49,309 nt of DNA, from NCBI GenBank assembly GCA_902386385.1, contig CABMIU010000048.1:1-49309 (forward strand). The letters are read 5' to 3'. The notes under the pieces were generated by a model. It worked only from the letters and a program-made list of their open reading frames with translations, did not search any database and was not told the DNA's origin. This stretch comes from an uncultured archaeon (GTDB taxonomy: Archaea > Iainarchaeota > Iainarchaeia > Iainarchaeales > Iainarchaeaceae). Position 1 is the stretch's first letter, and each line of letters begins with the position of its first letter. Position numbers and translations under genes: made by a program. Positions 37,785 through 47,479 of the stretch are shown in pieces.

Positions 37785-38969
37785 TCACGCTTTCGGAACC
37801 GCCTTCTCAATCCTCTTCATCAGGGCGCCCGTGCCCTCTTGACCCATGTACTCCCCGCCCTGGCCCTCGAGGACGATGTCATCCGCCCCCGCGTTTCCCT
37901 GTCCCGCTTCCAGGAATTCCTTTTTCGCCGCCTCAATTTCCTCCGGTGTTGCGAGGTCTGCCTTGTTCAGCGCAACTATGATTTTCTTTCCCGCGAACTC
38001 CTCCTTAATCTGCCTGTAAAGAGTGACCTGCTCATGCAGTTCATACCCAGAATTTATGGTGGTGTCCGCGACAAAAACAATTATGTTCGCGAGGTGGTTG
38101 AGCGCGGCGATAGACTTCCTTTCAATTTCATTCCTTTTCCTGTAAATATCCTGGCGCACTGGATTTTCATCTGCAACCTCGCCAAAAACCCCCGGTGCCT
38201 GCCGGTCGTCCGCTGTTTTGTTTGTTTGTGCCCCTTTAGATTCCTGTTCTGGCGTTATTTTCCTGTCCAGCAGCCCCGGCGTGTCAAGAACCTGCACGCG
38301 CTGGTACTTCACTTCCATGAACCCTGAATTTATCCCCTTTGTGGTGAAAGCGTAAGGCGCGACCTCCGGCTTTGCGGTCGTGAGGCGGCCGAGGATTGTG
38401 CTCTTGCCGACATTCGGGAATCCTGAGAGAACTATTGTCGGCACCCCGAATTCAATCGAAGGAACATAATCCATTTTCTTGGAATCTTCCTTGAGCTGTG
38501 CGAGGGGTTTTGTTAACTTCTTGAGTATTGAGCAGGACCTCGCAATGAATCCATTTACCGCCCTGTTCGCCCCCGCGTCATCCCCTGCCCCGTAAACCCC
38601 CTTCACTGCCTCATACCTCAGCTTTTTGATGAGCCTTGAAGATGACCTCAGGAAAGCCAGGTTCTGCTTGAGCCTCGCGATGTCCACGATTGCTCCCATT
38701 AGGTCTAGGTAAAAGGGGTTCATCGTGTCTATTTTCTGGAACTGCTTTGAAAGCAGGTTCAGCTTTGCCTCTATCGCCTCGCCGAATGCCCTCGCCCTGA
38801 GCCTGTTCAGGGCCTTGACCCTTATCCTCGCGTGCTTCTGTCTTTTGTCGAGCTGCACGGCATTCATTGCCTTGAACGAGCTTTCCCGGATTTCTTCCGA
38901 TGTCGGGAACCCTGTCCTCGAGGGCCGCTCTGTAAGGCGGGTATTTAAATGTTTTTCATCTTTTTTCAT
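37785..38969 (-). CDS. NOG1-family GTP-binding protein
   Basis: GFPNVGKS, YAFTTK, DTPGLLDR, RNEIE, NKAD. Confidence 0.92.
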   Translation of the reverse strand: MKKDEKHLNTRLTERPSRTGFPTSEEIRESSFKAMNAVQLDKRQKHARIRVKALNRLRARAFGEAIEAKLNLLSKQFQKIDTMNPFYLDLMGAIVDIARLKQNLAFLRSSSRLIKKLRYEAVKGVYGAGDDAGANRAVNGFIARSCSILKKLTKPLAQLKEDSKKMDYVPSIEFGVPTIVLSGFPNVGKSTILGRLTTAKPEVAPYAFTTKGINSGFMEVKYQRVQVLDTPGLLDRKITPEQESKGAQTNKTADDRQAPGVFGEVADENPVRQDIYRKRNEIERKSIAALNHLANIIVFVADTTINSGYELHEQVTLYRQIKEEFAGKKIIVALNKADLATPEEIEAAKKEFLEAGQGNAGADDIVLEGQGGEYMGQEGTGALMKRIEKAVPKA

Positions 38970-39114
38970 TTTAGGCCCCTGGATTTTGATGGCTTTTGCC
39001 TTCCAATTACTGGGTCGTGGAATTTATATTGGGGTTGGCGGCTTATTTTAATTTGGCCTCCGGCGATTTGTTGGCGGCATTTAAGTTTTTTTTGTTTTTG
39101 TGAAGGGTTTCTGA

Positions 39115-40224
39115 ATGCAGCTGTCAAACATTTATTCGGGGAACTATAAGCAGATGATGATTGTCCCAGCGTTGCTTTTCATTGTTTTCCTCATAGCGGT
39201 GCTTGTTTTTCCGGGGATTAAGCTCGGCACAGACCTGAAGGGCGGCACCAACATAATAGTGCGCTCCGACAAGCCACTGGACAAAACCGCCCTGGAAACC
39301 GCGCTGAACCAGAAATACCGGTTCGAGGAGCTGCAGCTTAGCTCTGTTTCCTCGCCGAGCGGCTATGGCATCAACATACAATATGCCTTGGAGCTTGACC
39401 TTGACAATGCCCAGGGGCTTTATGCAAAGGCAAAGGAGCAGCTAAAGCAGAACCCGGAAAGTGCAAGGCAACTTGCCGTTCAATCCATCTCCGCTGCCGC
39501 GAAATTCACGGAATCCCCGAAAACAGACGGTTTGAGCGCGGAGCAGCTTGTCGAGCTTGCTGGCACAACCTCCGCAAAGGCAACGGAAGCATTCAACATC
39601 GGCGTGCAGGACACGATAAAGCAGGCATTGGGCCTCGAAGACAGCTTAAGGATGCAGAAGAGCGAGGTCGGCGCAACCCTCGGCGCTTCCTTTTATACCC
39701 AGGGGATAATGGTTGCGGCAATCGCATTTGCGCTTGTTGTCCTCGTGGTTTTCCTTTTCTTCAGGGAATTCGTCCCCAGCGCCGCCATAATAGGCGCAAT
39801 GGCCTTCGACATTGTCGCGGCAATGGCGATGATGGCGGTGCTTTCCATCCCTGTTTCACTTTCCACGATTCCGGCACTGCTAATGCTGATAGGCTACAGC
39901 ATTGACACTGACATCCTGCTCACGACGCGCGTGCTCAAGAGGAAGGACGGCACTCCCGCGGAAAGGGCATTCAATTCCATGATAACGGGAATGACGATGA
40001 CCCTGACAATGCTTGCGGCGCTTGTTTCAATGCTCATACTCTCGCACTTCTGGCAGATACAGGTCGTTTTCGAGATTTCGGCAGTGCTGTTCTTCGGCCT
40101 CTTTGCGGACATCATCTCCACCTGGCTCATGAACGCGCCCATACTGCTTTGGTACGTTGATTCAAAGGCCAAGGCTTCCGGCCATGCGGGCGGCAGCAAC
40201 CATCCAAGGGGTGCTTCGCAATGA
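39115..40224 (+). CDS. secF: Protein-export membrane protein SecF
   Basis: LGTDLKGGT, VGATLG, LMLIGYSIDTDILL; multiple TMs. Confidence 0.95.
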   Translation: MQLSNIYSGNYKQMMIVPALLFIVFLIAVLVFPGIKLGTDLKGGTNIIVRSDKPLDKTALETALNQKYRFEELQLSSVSSPSGYGINIQYALELDLDNAQGLYAKAKEQLKQNPESARQLAVQSISAAAKFTESPKTDGLSAEQLVELAGTTSAKATEAFNIGVQDTIKQALGLEDSLRMQKSEVGATLGASFYTQGIMVAAIAFALVVLVVFLFFREFVPSAAIIGAMAFDIVAAMAMMAVLSIPVSLSTIPALLMLIGYSIDTDILLTTRVLKRKDGTPAERAFNSMITGMTMTLTMLAALVSMLILSHFWQIQVVFEISAVLFFGLFADIISTWLMNAPILLWYVDSKAKASGHAGGSNHPRGASQ

Positions 40225-41873
40225 GGGAGCTTTTCAAAAGGTGGCAGGTCCTGCTGCTTCTCGCAGTGCTGGCGTTTTCATTTGTCGGCCTTTTGCTGAA
40301 TGGCCTTGACTTCGGAGTGGAGTTCAACGGCGGCACAATATTCCAGATACAGCTCGATGAAAAGGTTTCGCCTGACAAGATGGGGACAATAACGAAAATC
40401 ATAGAGGCGCGACTGAATGGCATCGGATTGAAGGACACCAAGGTAGTGCCGTTCGGCGATGACCTCGTTTCCGCGCAGATTGCCGAAACCGACCCGAAGC
40501 GCATAGAGCAGCTTGAAACGCTCCTGAAAACACAGGGGAAGTTCGAGGCTACGCTAGACGGCGGCCTGCTTTTCGAGGGCAGTGACATTGTCCAGGTAAT
40601 CAAGGACCCCGGACGGGGCTACGGAGTCCACCCGTCGGAAGGGGCCAAAACCTATGGCTGGGTGATGCCATTCATCCTCAATGACAAGGCGGCATACAAT
40701 TTCTCGAAAAAGGTGTTCCACAGGTGCACAGCGACAGGGTTCGACCCGAAGAAAGGCGCGCAGTACGACTGCGACAGCACATTCTTCTTCATTGACAGGC
40801 CGGAAGGCGCGGTCATTGTAATGCCTGAAAGCGTTTACAGCGACGATGTCGCCCTCCTTCAGGCGGGCAACAGCCTCAGGAGCATACCCCGCGGCACCTC
40901 AATTGAACTGCTGCTCAGGAATGCCGACGTGAATTATGTTTTCATTGATGCAAACGGCTTCAGCACGGAGCAGCTCGCTTCGCTCTCGGGACTTTCGAAA
41001 ACCTCAAAAACCGCGGTAGTGCATGATTCAGTGCCGGAATCAGCGCGGGCAAAGCTTTCTGAGATGGGCTTCAAGGTAACCGAGGCAAAAGAGCAGGACA
41101 AGGGCACGCCCTGGATTTGGACCGCCGTAGGGGCAAGGCAGGTCATTTCAATAACTGCGGGGATAGCGAACCTCGACCCCTATGTTGAGGACCCGAAGGA
41201 TGCAAGGATTTTCTCAGACCTCCTAATACAGGGCACGGGCCAGACAGCCGATGAGGCCCGCGCCGACCTCAAGAACCTCGAGGTTCTGCTAATCACCGGT
41301 TCCCTGCCGATAGGCATAAAGAACATTTCAAAGGAAAGCGTTTCCCCGCTGCTCGGAAGGGAGTTCCTCGGCAACACCTTTGTAATAGGCATCATTGCCC
41401 TTGCCCTTGTTGCGCTGGTCATTTTCATCAGGTACCGGCACCCGAAAGTGGCTTTGCCGATAATGGTCACATGCCTCAGCGAAATCGTAATAATACTGGG
41501 CTTTGTCGCGTGGAGCAGGTTCCAACTCGACCTTGGCTCGGTTACAGGAATACTCGCTTCTGTCGGCACAGGGGTTGACCACCAGATAATAATAATGGAC
41601 GAGCTACTCAGGCGCAAATCAGGCGAGGAGGAGAACATTGCCGATGTCAGCTATTCCATGAGGATAAAGAATGCATTTTTCATAATAATGGCCGCTGCGG
41701 CCACGGCAATCGTCACAATGATGCCGGTCTTCTTCGGTTTCAGCATCGGCAAACTCAAGGGATTCGCGCTCATAACGGTGCTCGGCGTCCTCATCGGCGT
41801 CCTGATAACAAGACCCGCTTTCTCGCAGTACGCGGAATACATGCTCAGGCAGGAGCAGAAAGCCGGAAAATAA
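40221..41873 (+). CDS. secD: Protein-export membrane protein SecD
   Basis: FGVEFNGGT, GSLP, SPLLG, GTGVDHQIII, LKGFA. Confidence 0.95.
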   Translation: MRELFKRWQVLLLLAVLAFSFVGLLLNGLDFGVEFNGGTIFQIQLDEKVSPDKMGTITKIIEARLNGIGLKDTKVVPFGDDLVSAQIAETDPKRIEQLETLLKTQGKFEATLDGGLLFEGSDIVQVIKDPGRGYGVHPSEGAKTYGWVMPFILNDKAAYNFSKKVFHRCTATGFDPKKGAQYDCDSTFFFIDRPEGAVIVMPESVYSDDVALLQAGNSLRSIPRGTSIELLLRNADVNYVFIDANGFSTEQLASLSGLSKTSKTAVVHDSVPESARAKLSEMGFKVTEAKEQDKGTPWIWTAVGARQVISITAGIANLDPYVEDPKDARIFSDLLIQGTGQTADEARADLKNLEVLLITGSLPIGIKNISKESVSPLLGREFLGNTFVIGIIALALVALVIFIRYRHPKVALPIMVTCLSEIVIILGFVAWSRFQLDLGSVTGILASVGTGVDHQIIIMDELLRRKSGEEENIADVSYSMRIKNAFFIIMAAAATAIVTMMPVFFGFSIGKLKGFALITVLGVLIGVLITRPAFSQYAEYMLRQEQKAGK

Positions 41874-41909
41874 GCTTTCCCGGATTATTTTTTCGGTTCG
41901 GTGTGCTGT

Positions 41910-42407
41910 TTAGAATCTTCTTCCTTTTGGCGAAATTTTAATGTTGGGCGCTTTTGGCTCCATATCCTTGGCCTCTTTGACAAGGTTTTTCATGAAAATT
42001 GAAAGGCCCCGGTCTCCCGTCCGATGGTAAAATTCATCGAATTTTTTGGCTGCTTCGGGGCCCCTGGCCTCTTCGATTAGTTTTTCTACGTCCGCCAGTG
42101 TATGCACAGGTTTTTGCCCTAAGGACGCCATATTGACCTTGATTTGCATTATTCTGTGTGCTTGGCCCCGAATTATTTTGTCTTCCCGATTCAGTGGGTC
42201 TAAACCTGCAGCATTTAAGCCAGCTTCAACTGAAAGCCGGACCAAGTGCCCCATGAGCTTTGCACTTCTATAATAGGGTCTGTTTTTTCCCAAATCATGA
42301 AACGCGAGTTTTATTCCCCTTCTTTTTGTGCGCTTTTGCATTATTTCAGCCACGTTCCGGTTGGCTCTTCTTTGAAGTCTTCCTGACCTCCTTTCAGTTG
42401 CAGGCAT
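41910..42407 (-). CDS. Basic hypothetical protein (MPATERRSGRLQRR...)
   Basis: 165-aa ORF with its own TATA-like TTTATT at about 42437-42442. Confidence 0.65.
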   Translation of the reverse strand: MPATERRSGRLQRRANRNVAEIMQKRTKRRGIKLAFHDLGKNRPYYRSAKLMGHLVRLSVEAGLNAAGLDPLNREDKIIRGQAHRIMQIKVNMASLGQKPVHTLADVEKLIEEARGPEAAKKFDEFYHRTGDRGLSIFMKNLVKEAKDMEPKAPNIKISPKGRRF

Positions 42408-42461
42408 CCATTTCCCAAATCAATATGCGTAATGTGAATAAATACTTTTAGCCAAGTCAAT

Positions 42462-42971
42462 TCACATAAAATCCGAAAATTCCTCCGCCCCGGTGATTTT
42501 TTTCGTGAAGAAGTACCACAATGCCAGCACGAAAATGGTTGTAGTGAACCATGAAACAACGTGCACAATTCCCCCTGCTTCAATCCCGAATTCCTTTCCC
42601 GCCCAGAGCACTGCGAGAACCCTGAAATAATTCAGGATTAGGAGCAGCACGGCCCCAAAGAGGAAAATCAGGATTTTTTTACCGAAATCAGGCTTCCGCA
42701 GCGAGAAAACAACCGCGGCGAGAACGCTTGAGCTCACGAGGCCGGTGCACGAAGGGCTGATTTCGAAAGACCCGCCCCCAATGAAAACAATACTGCCTGA
42801 GCTTGCCAGCCCGAGCGCTGCTGCGGTTGATTTGGCGAGGAACTCCTGCAATGCAAGAAAACCGAAGTAATTTATCGCGGCTTCCAGAATCAGGAAAATC
42901 GAGAAAAATTTTGCAATGAAAACAACTTCATTTCCGGACAGCAATTTTGCTTTTGGCAGCTGCTTCACCAA
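42462..42971 (-). CDS. Archaeosortase/exosortase family transpeptidase
   Basis: Multi-TM; catalytic Cys/Arg/His pattern ISPSCTG...LNYFRV...VHVV. Confidence 0.85.
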   Translation of the reverse strand: MVKQLPKAKLLSGNEVVFIAKFFSIFLILEAAINYFGFLALQEFLAKSTAAALGLASSGSIVFIGGGSFEISPSCTGLVSSSVLAAVVFSLRKPDFGKKILIFLFGAVLLLILNYFRVLAVLWAGKEFGIEAGGIVHVVSWFTTTIFVLALWYFFTKKITGAEEFSDFM

Positions 42972-43480
42972 GGCACCTTTTTGAGGTTGAACTTGAACGC
43001 GATGAGATTTGAGAGCCTGTGCACGATGATTGTCAGCACCGCAATCACCAGCATTTCAGCTGCGCTTGGGGCATAAAACACCCACCCGAACAGCACCCCC
43101 CCTGCGACAAAATCCAATTGGTCCACGATGAAAAGGTCCTTTCCCTGTTCTATTCCGGCCCTGCGCTTGAAAAAGCTTTTAACCAGGTCCCCTGTGACTG
43201 CCCCCACGGAAAGCAGGAACCCAAGGCCAAGGTAGCTGCTGGTCAGAAGCATTGTTTCATTAGGAAAAGCGAGCCATATAATCACCGAGGCAGCGGTTCC
43301 GGCCGCAACGCCCGCGAGCAGTCCCCTGTATGTTTTTCCAGGGCCGAAAACAGGCCTGCCATCGGAGAATTTCGCCCCGAAATCAACCTGCCTTTTCCCC
43401 CTGCCAAAAACCATTGCGCAGCTGTTCGCGAAATACATCGGGGCGATGTAAAGGAGCAGCTTCAATGTGAAATCCAGCAA
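42965..43480 (-). CDS. carS: CDP-archaeol synthase
   Basis: PMYFAN, DGRPVFGPGKT, GDLVKSFFKRR, DQLDF, KKVPW. Confidence 0.95.
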   Translation of the reverse strand: MLDFTLKLLLYIAPMYFANSCAMVFGRGKRQVDFGAKFSDGRPVFGPGKTYRGLLAGVAAGTAASVIIWLAFPNETMLLTSSYLGLGFLLSVGAVTGDLVKSFFKRRAGIEQGKDLFIVDQLDFVAGGVLFGWVFYAPSAAEMLVIAVLTIIVHRLSNLIAFKFNLKKVPW

Positions 43481-43635
43481 TCAAACACCGCCGAAAAAGA
43501 GTGACTTTTTCCCAACCTGGAATTCAAATGCATGTGCAGACAAAGGCTGCCTGCATTTTTGCCTTTATGCATTCTGCCTCAAATCGTTTATTAATGCTTT
43601 TCAGCCCAACAATATCGTTGCCTCGGATGGTTCAT

Positions 43636-44628
43636 ATGGCCTCATTGAAAAGTCCTTCAAACCCGTTTCCCGCGCCCCCTGCCCCGGCCAAGAAAGTCGA
43701 TTTTCTCGCAAAAGCAGCGATAGTGGCTGTGGCATTGTTCGTCCTCGGCGCCCTGGCATTCGGGGCATTGCTTTTGGTTTCCGGCACATCAGGCATCAAC
43801 CCTTCTATCGGCCCACCGGGCGGCATCGCGATAATCCCCCTCAAAGGCGAGATTTCGAACGATAGTGCAGGCTCCTTTTCAGGCCAGCTAACGGCGAATG
43901 ATGTCGTAAGCCTAATTGACGAGGCTGAGAGTGATTCAGGCGTTGGCGCTATATTGCTCGACATCGATTCCCCAGGCGGGGAAGCGATTGCCTCAAAACA
44001 GATAGTTTACCGCATCAGGGATTCAAAGAAACCGGTGTATTCCTACATCAATTCAACCGGCGCTTCAGGTGCGTATTATGTCGCCGCCGCTACAAATCAC
44101 ATAATGGCAGACCCGGATTCAATCACTGGAAGCATAGGCGTCATTTCAATGGTGCCAACTTTCGAGGGCCTGATGGAAAAACTCGGCGTAAAGATGAACG
44201 TGCTGAAGGAAGGCGCTTACAAGGACATCGGCTCGCCTTACAGGGAAATGACCGATGAAGACAGGGAAATTTTCCAGGGCGTGCTCTCGCAGATTTATTC
44301 CAACTTCAAGGCTGACGTGCTTTTGTTCAGGCAGGGAAAAATTTCCGGCCAATCTCTTGAAAGCATTGCGGATGGCAGGATACTTACCGGAAAGCAGGCC
44401 CTTGACAAGGGGCTTATTGACGAGCTTGTTCCCTCGAGGAAAAAAGCTATACAGCGCGCAGCCGAGCTCGCCGGAATAAAGGGGCCGCACGAAGTGCATT
44501 ACGGCCAGCGTGAATTCTCGCTGATGGACCTTTTCTTCTCCGCGGGCCAGTCCTTCGGCTCAGGCTTCAGTGCTTCGCTCGAATCCTCGCTGCAGCAGGC
44601 AGCTGCAACAAGCGTGAAAATAAGGTGA
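43636..44628 (+). CDS. sppA: Signal peptide peptidase SppA (S49)
   Basis: DSPGG, GASGAYY, TGSIGV, YKD, DGRILTG. Confidence 0.93.
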   Translation: MASLKSPSNPFPAPPAPAKKVDFLAKAAIVAVALFVLGALAFGALLLVSGTSGINPSIGPPGGIAIIPLKGEISNDSAGSFSGQLTANDVVSLIDEAESDSGVGAILLDIDSPGGEAIASKQIVYRIRDSKKPVYSYINSTGASGAYYVAAATNHIMADPDSITGSIGVISMVPTFEGLMEKLGVKMNVLKEGAYKDIGSPYREMTDEDREIFQGVLSQIYSNFKADVLLFRQGKISGQSLESIADGRILTGKQALDKGLIDELVPSRKKAIQRAAELAGIKGPHEVHYGQREFSLMDLFFSAGQSFGSGFSASLESSLQQAAATSVKIR

Positions 44629-44672
44629 GCTGCCTAAGGTGAACCTTGATGCTAAGCCGGGGGGCAGGGCGG

Positions 44673-45332
44673 TTATTTTGAAACAAGCAGTTTCGAACTG
44701 GTTATTTCCACCCTTTTTATCGGCACAATCCTCTTTGTTTCCGGGAAAATCTTGTTCACCAGGGTTCCGAAAACCAACTCGTCAACGACCTTTTTGGAAT
44801 CAAGCTCTGCAATGCCCTTCGCGGTTATTTCCTCTGCCTTCCTGAGGATTCCGGCCTTCTGTGCATTCGACGCCTTTCTCTCCGTGACAATGACAGTCTT
44901 GACCTTGAACTGCTTGTTGTCTTTTGAAGAGTAATTCTTCACGCTCATAACCTTGCTCGCGCGCCTCCTCACGACCCTTCTCATATAGCCGTCCTTTATT
45001 TCGTGGCCCACGACCTCTGTCTGCGCCTTTCCGCCTGAAACGCTCACTACCCTGAACTTTAGGTGTATGTGGGATTTCTTCGGCTGGTTCGCGAGCTCCC
45101 TTCCTGTAATCGTAACCGTCCTCCCTACAAGGGCTTCAGGCTCTTCCGCGACTGTTTCGCCGAGAGGCCTCCTCTCGAATTCTTCAGGGGCGAGGATTGT
45201 ATGCCATATCTTCTTCTTCCACTTGTCAATGCCCTTCCTCTTCGCCTTTACACTCGGCTTGTCCGCCTTGTCCTTCTTCTGTGTCCCGCCCATGATGTCA
45301 AGGGGATTTATCACTTCGACTTTCTGCGCCAT
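44673..45332 (-). CDS. rps3ae: 30S ribosomal protein S3Ae (eS1)
   Basis: DKWKKKIW..ILAP, LVGRTV, YMRRVVRRRASK. Confidence 0.92.
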   Translation of the reverse strand: MAQKVEVINPLDIMGGTQKKDKADKPSVKAKRKGIDKWKKKIWHTILAPEEFERRPLGETVAEEPEALVGRTVTITGRELANQPKKSHIHLKFRVVSVSGGKAQTEVVGHEIKDGYMRRVVRRRASKVMSVKNYSSKDNKQFKVKTVIVTERKASNAQKAGILRKAEEITAKGIAELDSKKVVDELVFGTLVNKIFPETKRIVPIKRVEITSSKLLVSK

Positions 45333-45414
45333 AAAAAACACCGTTCACTCCAAAACAAATTCAATGCCCTGTCGGCAATGGCCTATATCGCCAATGCCTT
45401 CATGGGGCGTATAT

Positions 45415-45831
45415 TCACTTCACAAGTAACTCCGCTGCCTCTTGAGTATATCTCCAGTCCTTTGCGAGCCTCTTCTCCCTGATGTAATACTTTGCGAGTC
45501 TCCTGATTTTGCTCACTGTAAGCAGGTAACCCCTCTTGGCAGTCATGTCCTTCTTGTTTGCCTGCATGTGCCTGAAAAGCACGACAGACCTGCTTATGAG
45601 GTTCAGCAAATCCCTCGGCATGTCGCCCTGCAGGCCCTTCTTCTCAAGTATTTTCTCAAGGTTCATTCCCGTGAGCTTCTTCACGCTCGGCACGCCGTGC
45701 TGGTCGCGCAAAGCCACCCCTATCTCCGAAGGCGTCATGCCCTGGTTCGCGAGGTTTGCAACAATGCCCTCGAGCTCTTCCTGCTTCATGTCTGAAAGGG
45801 TGACCCTTGCCTTCTTCTTGCCTTTTGCCAT
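45415..45831 (-). CDS. rps15: 30S ribosomal protein S15 (uS15), short N-terminus
   Basis: PSEIGVALRDQHGVP, KKDMTAKRG, SKIRRLAKYY, WRY. Confidence 0.95.
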   Translation of the reverse strand: MAKGKKKARVTLSDMKQEELEGIVANLANQGMTPSEIGVALRDQHGVPSVKKLTGMNLEKILEKKGLQGDMPRDLLNLISRSVVLFRHMQANKKDMTAKRGYLLTVSKIRRLAKYYIREKRLAKDWRYTQEAAELLVK

Positions 45832-46030
45832 AAAAAACCCACTTTTCAAAAACCAATTCAAAATGCAAAAACCAATTTTGGCACCGCCCTATCCGACCAT
45901 GCCTTATTTCGGCTTGCCGGCATAAAGAAGCGTATTTCAAAAAACCGATACAAAAACTCCTTGGGGAAGGTTTAAATACCTTCGCGGCCGAAAAGCCAGT
46001 AATCCCTGGAGCAATTACCCCCTTTCCCGG

Positions 46031-47215
46031 TCAGAGTGAGTTGTGTGGTTTGGGCCTTGGCAAGGCATCCCGGAAGTCGTGATTTGCCTGTGCCGAAAGT
46101 TGCGCCCGGCCATTTTTTTCTTCGGCCATTTCGTGTATTTGCCTGTTTATCGTGTCTAATGCAATTCCTTTCAGGAACTTGGATACGCTGCCGTGGGCCT
46201 GCGGGTCATACATGCCTAATGCTTCCCATGCCCTCAACACCGCATCATGGGTCACATCCTGCCAGTCCCTTCCAGAATACCTGTCCCTTACAAATTGGCT
46301 GAGCGTCGCATAATTCCTTTCAATCGCTGCCATTTTCTGCTCTTCCCTGAGCGCGTTTGTAAGCCTGAGCGTTCTGTAATCAATGCCATACCTGCGGAAC
46401 CACAGGTATTCCCTTTTGGCTCTCCTCGCGAGCAGGGTTACAAAGATATGTTCGCCGGCAATTTCCGGTAAAAACAGGGCGAGCCTTTGCAGCACTGTCT
46501 TGCGGACAAATTTCCTGAAGTCTTCCGCCTCTGCCGCAGACAGGTGGTTGTTTGTAATCACTTCCTCTACCGCGCTCCTGTTGCGCCTGAATATTTCCGC
46601 CCTTTTTGCCAGCGGAAGCTCCGGCTTGAGGTCAAGCTGATATTTTTCCCTTATCCTATGCAGCATTGAAGGGCTCAGCCCGTATGAGTGATTCAGACCG
46701 TAGCTAATTTCAGGCAGCCTCGCCTTGCTTTTATTGTTTACATAGGAAACATTGAAAGACTTGCGTGGTGTTCCCAGAACATGCTGTGATATCTGTGCAT
46801 TGGTCATTGCAGTGGTTTCTAGCAAATCAATGATTTGCTGGCGCTGCTCCCCTGTAATGTATTGCCAGCCTCTCCTGATTCGCGGTATTTCCCCAGTTTC
46901 TTCCCTGCTGCGGATAAACGTGTAAACTTGGCCTATTGGGAGCTTTGCAAGCCGCGCTATTTCCGGGATTGACGCGTTCGGGTTACTGCCGCATAATTCT
47001 ATTATGTGGTTGTGCTCGTCGTGTAGTCTTTTTCTTTCCTCCTGGCCGTATCTCCCCTTCGTAAGATTTCTGATATTGTATTTTGTATAAGTAATATTAG
47101 CTCCCGTAGCTATTGCCACTTCCGATGGGGTGGCTTGAGGGTGATTTTGGAAAAATATTTTGATTAATTCCTGTTTAGGCAGTTTCCACTTAGGGGTTTT
47201 CCTTTGCGCTGGCAT
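46031..47215 (-). CDS. Multi-HTH protein with C-terminal sigma-70 region-2-like domain(s)
   Basis: HTH-like segments (TPSEVAIATG, SIPEIARLAKL, MTNAQISQHV); WQDVTHDAVLRAWEALGMYDP...FLKGIA. Confidence 0.7.
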   Translation of the reverse strand: MPAQRKTPKWKLPKQELIKIFFQNHPQATPSEVAIATGANITYTKYNIRNLTKGRYGQEERKRLHDEHNHIIELCGSNPNASIPEIARLAKLPIGQVYTFIRSREETGEIPRIRRGWQYITGEQRQQIIDLLETTAMTNAQISQHVLGTPRKSFNVSYVNNKSKARLPEISYGLNHSYGLSPSMLHRIREKYQLDLKPELPLAKRAEIFRRNRSAVEEVITNNHLSAAEAEDFRKFVRKTVLQRLALFLPEIAGEHIFVTLLARRAKREYLWFRRYGIDYRTLRLTNALREEQKMAAIERNYATLSQFVRDRYSGRDWQDVTHDAVLRAWEALGMYDPQAHGSVSKFLKGIALDTINRQIHEMAEEKNGRAQLSAQANHDFRDALPRPKPHNSL

Positions 47216-47479
47216 CGTATTATTAACAAAATTGGGCTTTATAATTCTGCTTTTCAGCTAAGCCTTGTTCAAAAATCCCCAAATGACGGGCCTATTGATG
47301 GCGGTCCAGGCCAAATGGCCATGCCCTTTCGGAAGCTCCGTCCCCAGAAAAATACTTGTTAAACAAGCCCGACAAACAGTATAAATAATTGGTCGAAGAA
47401 TACCTTATTTATGTTTTCCGCAAAAGCCGTGTTCAAGATTGGTGTAATTCCATTTAAAGCTGTTTCGCGAACTTTGAGG

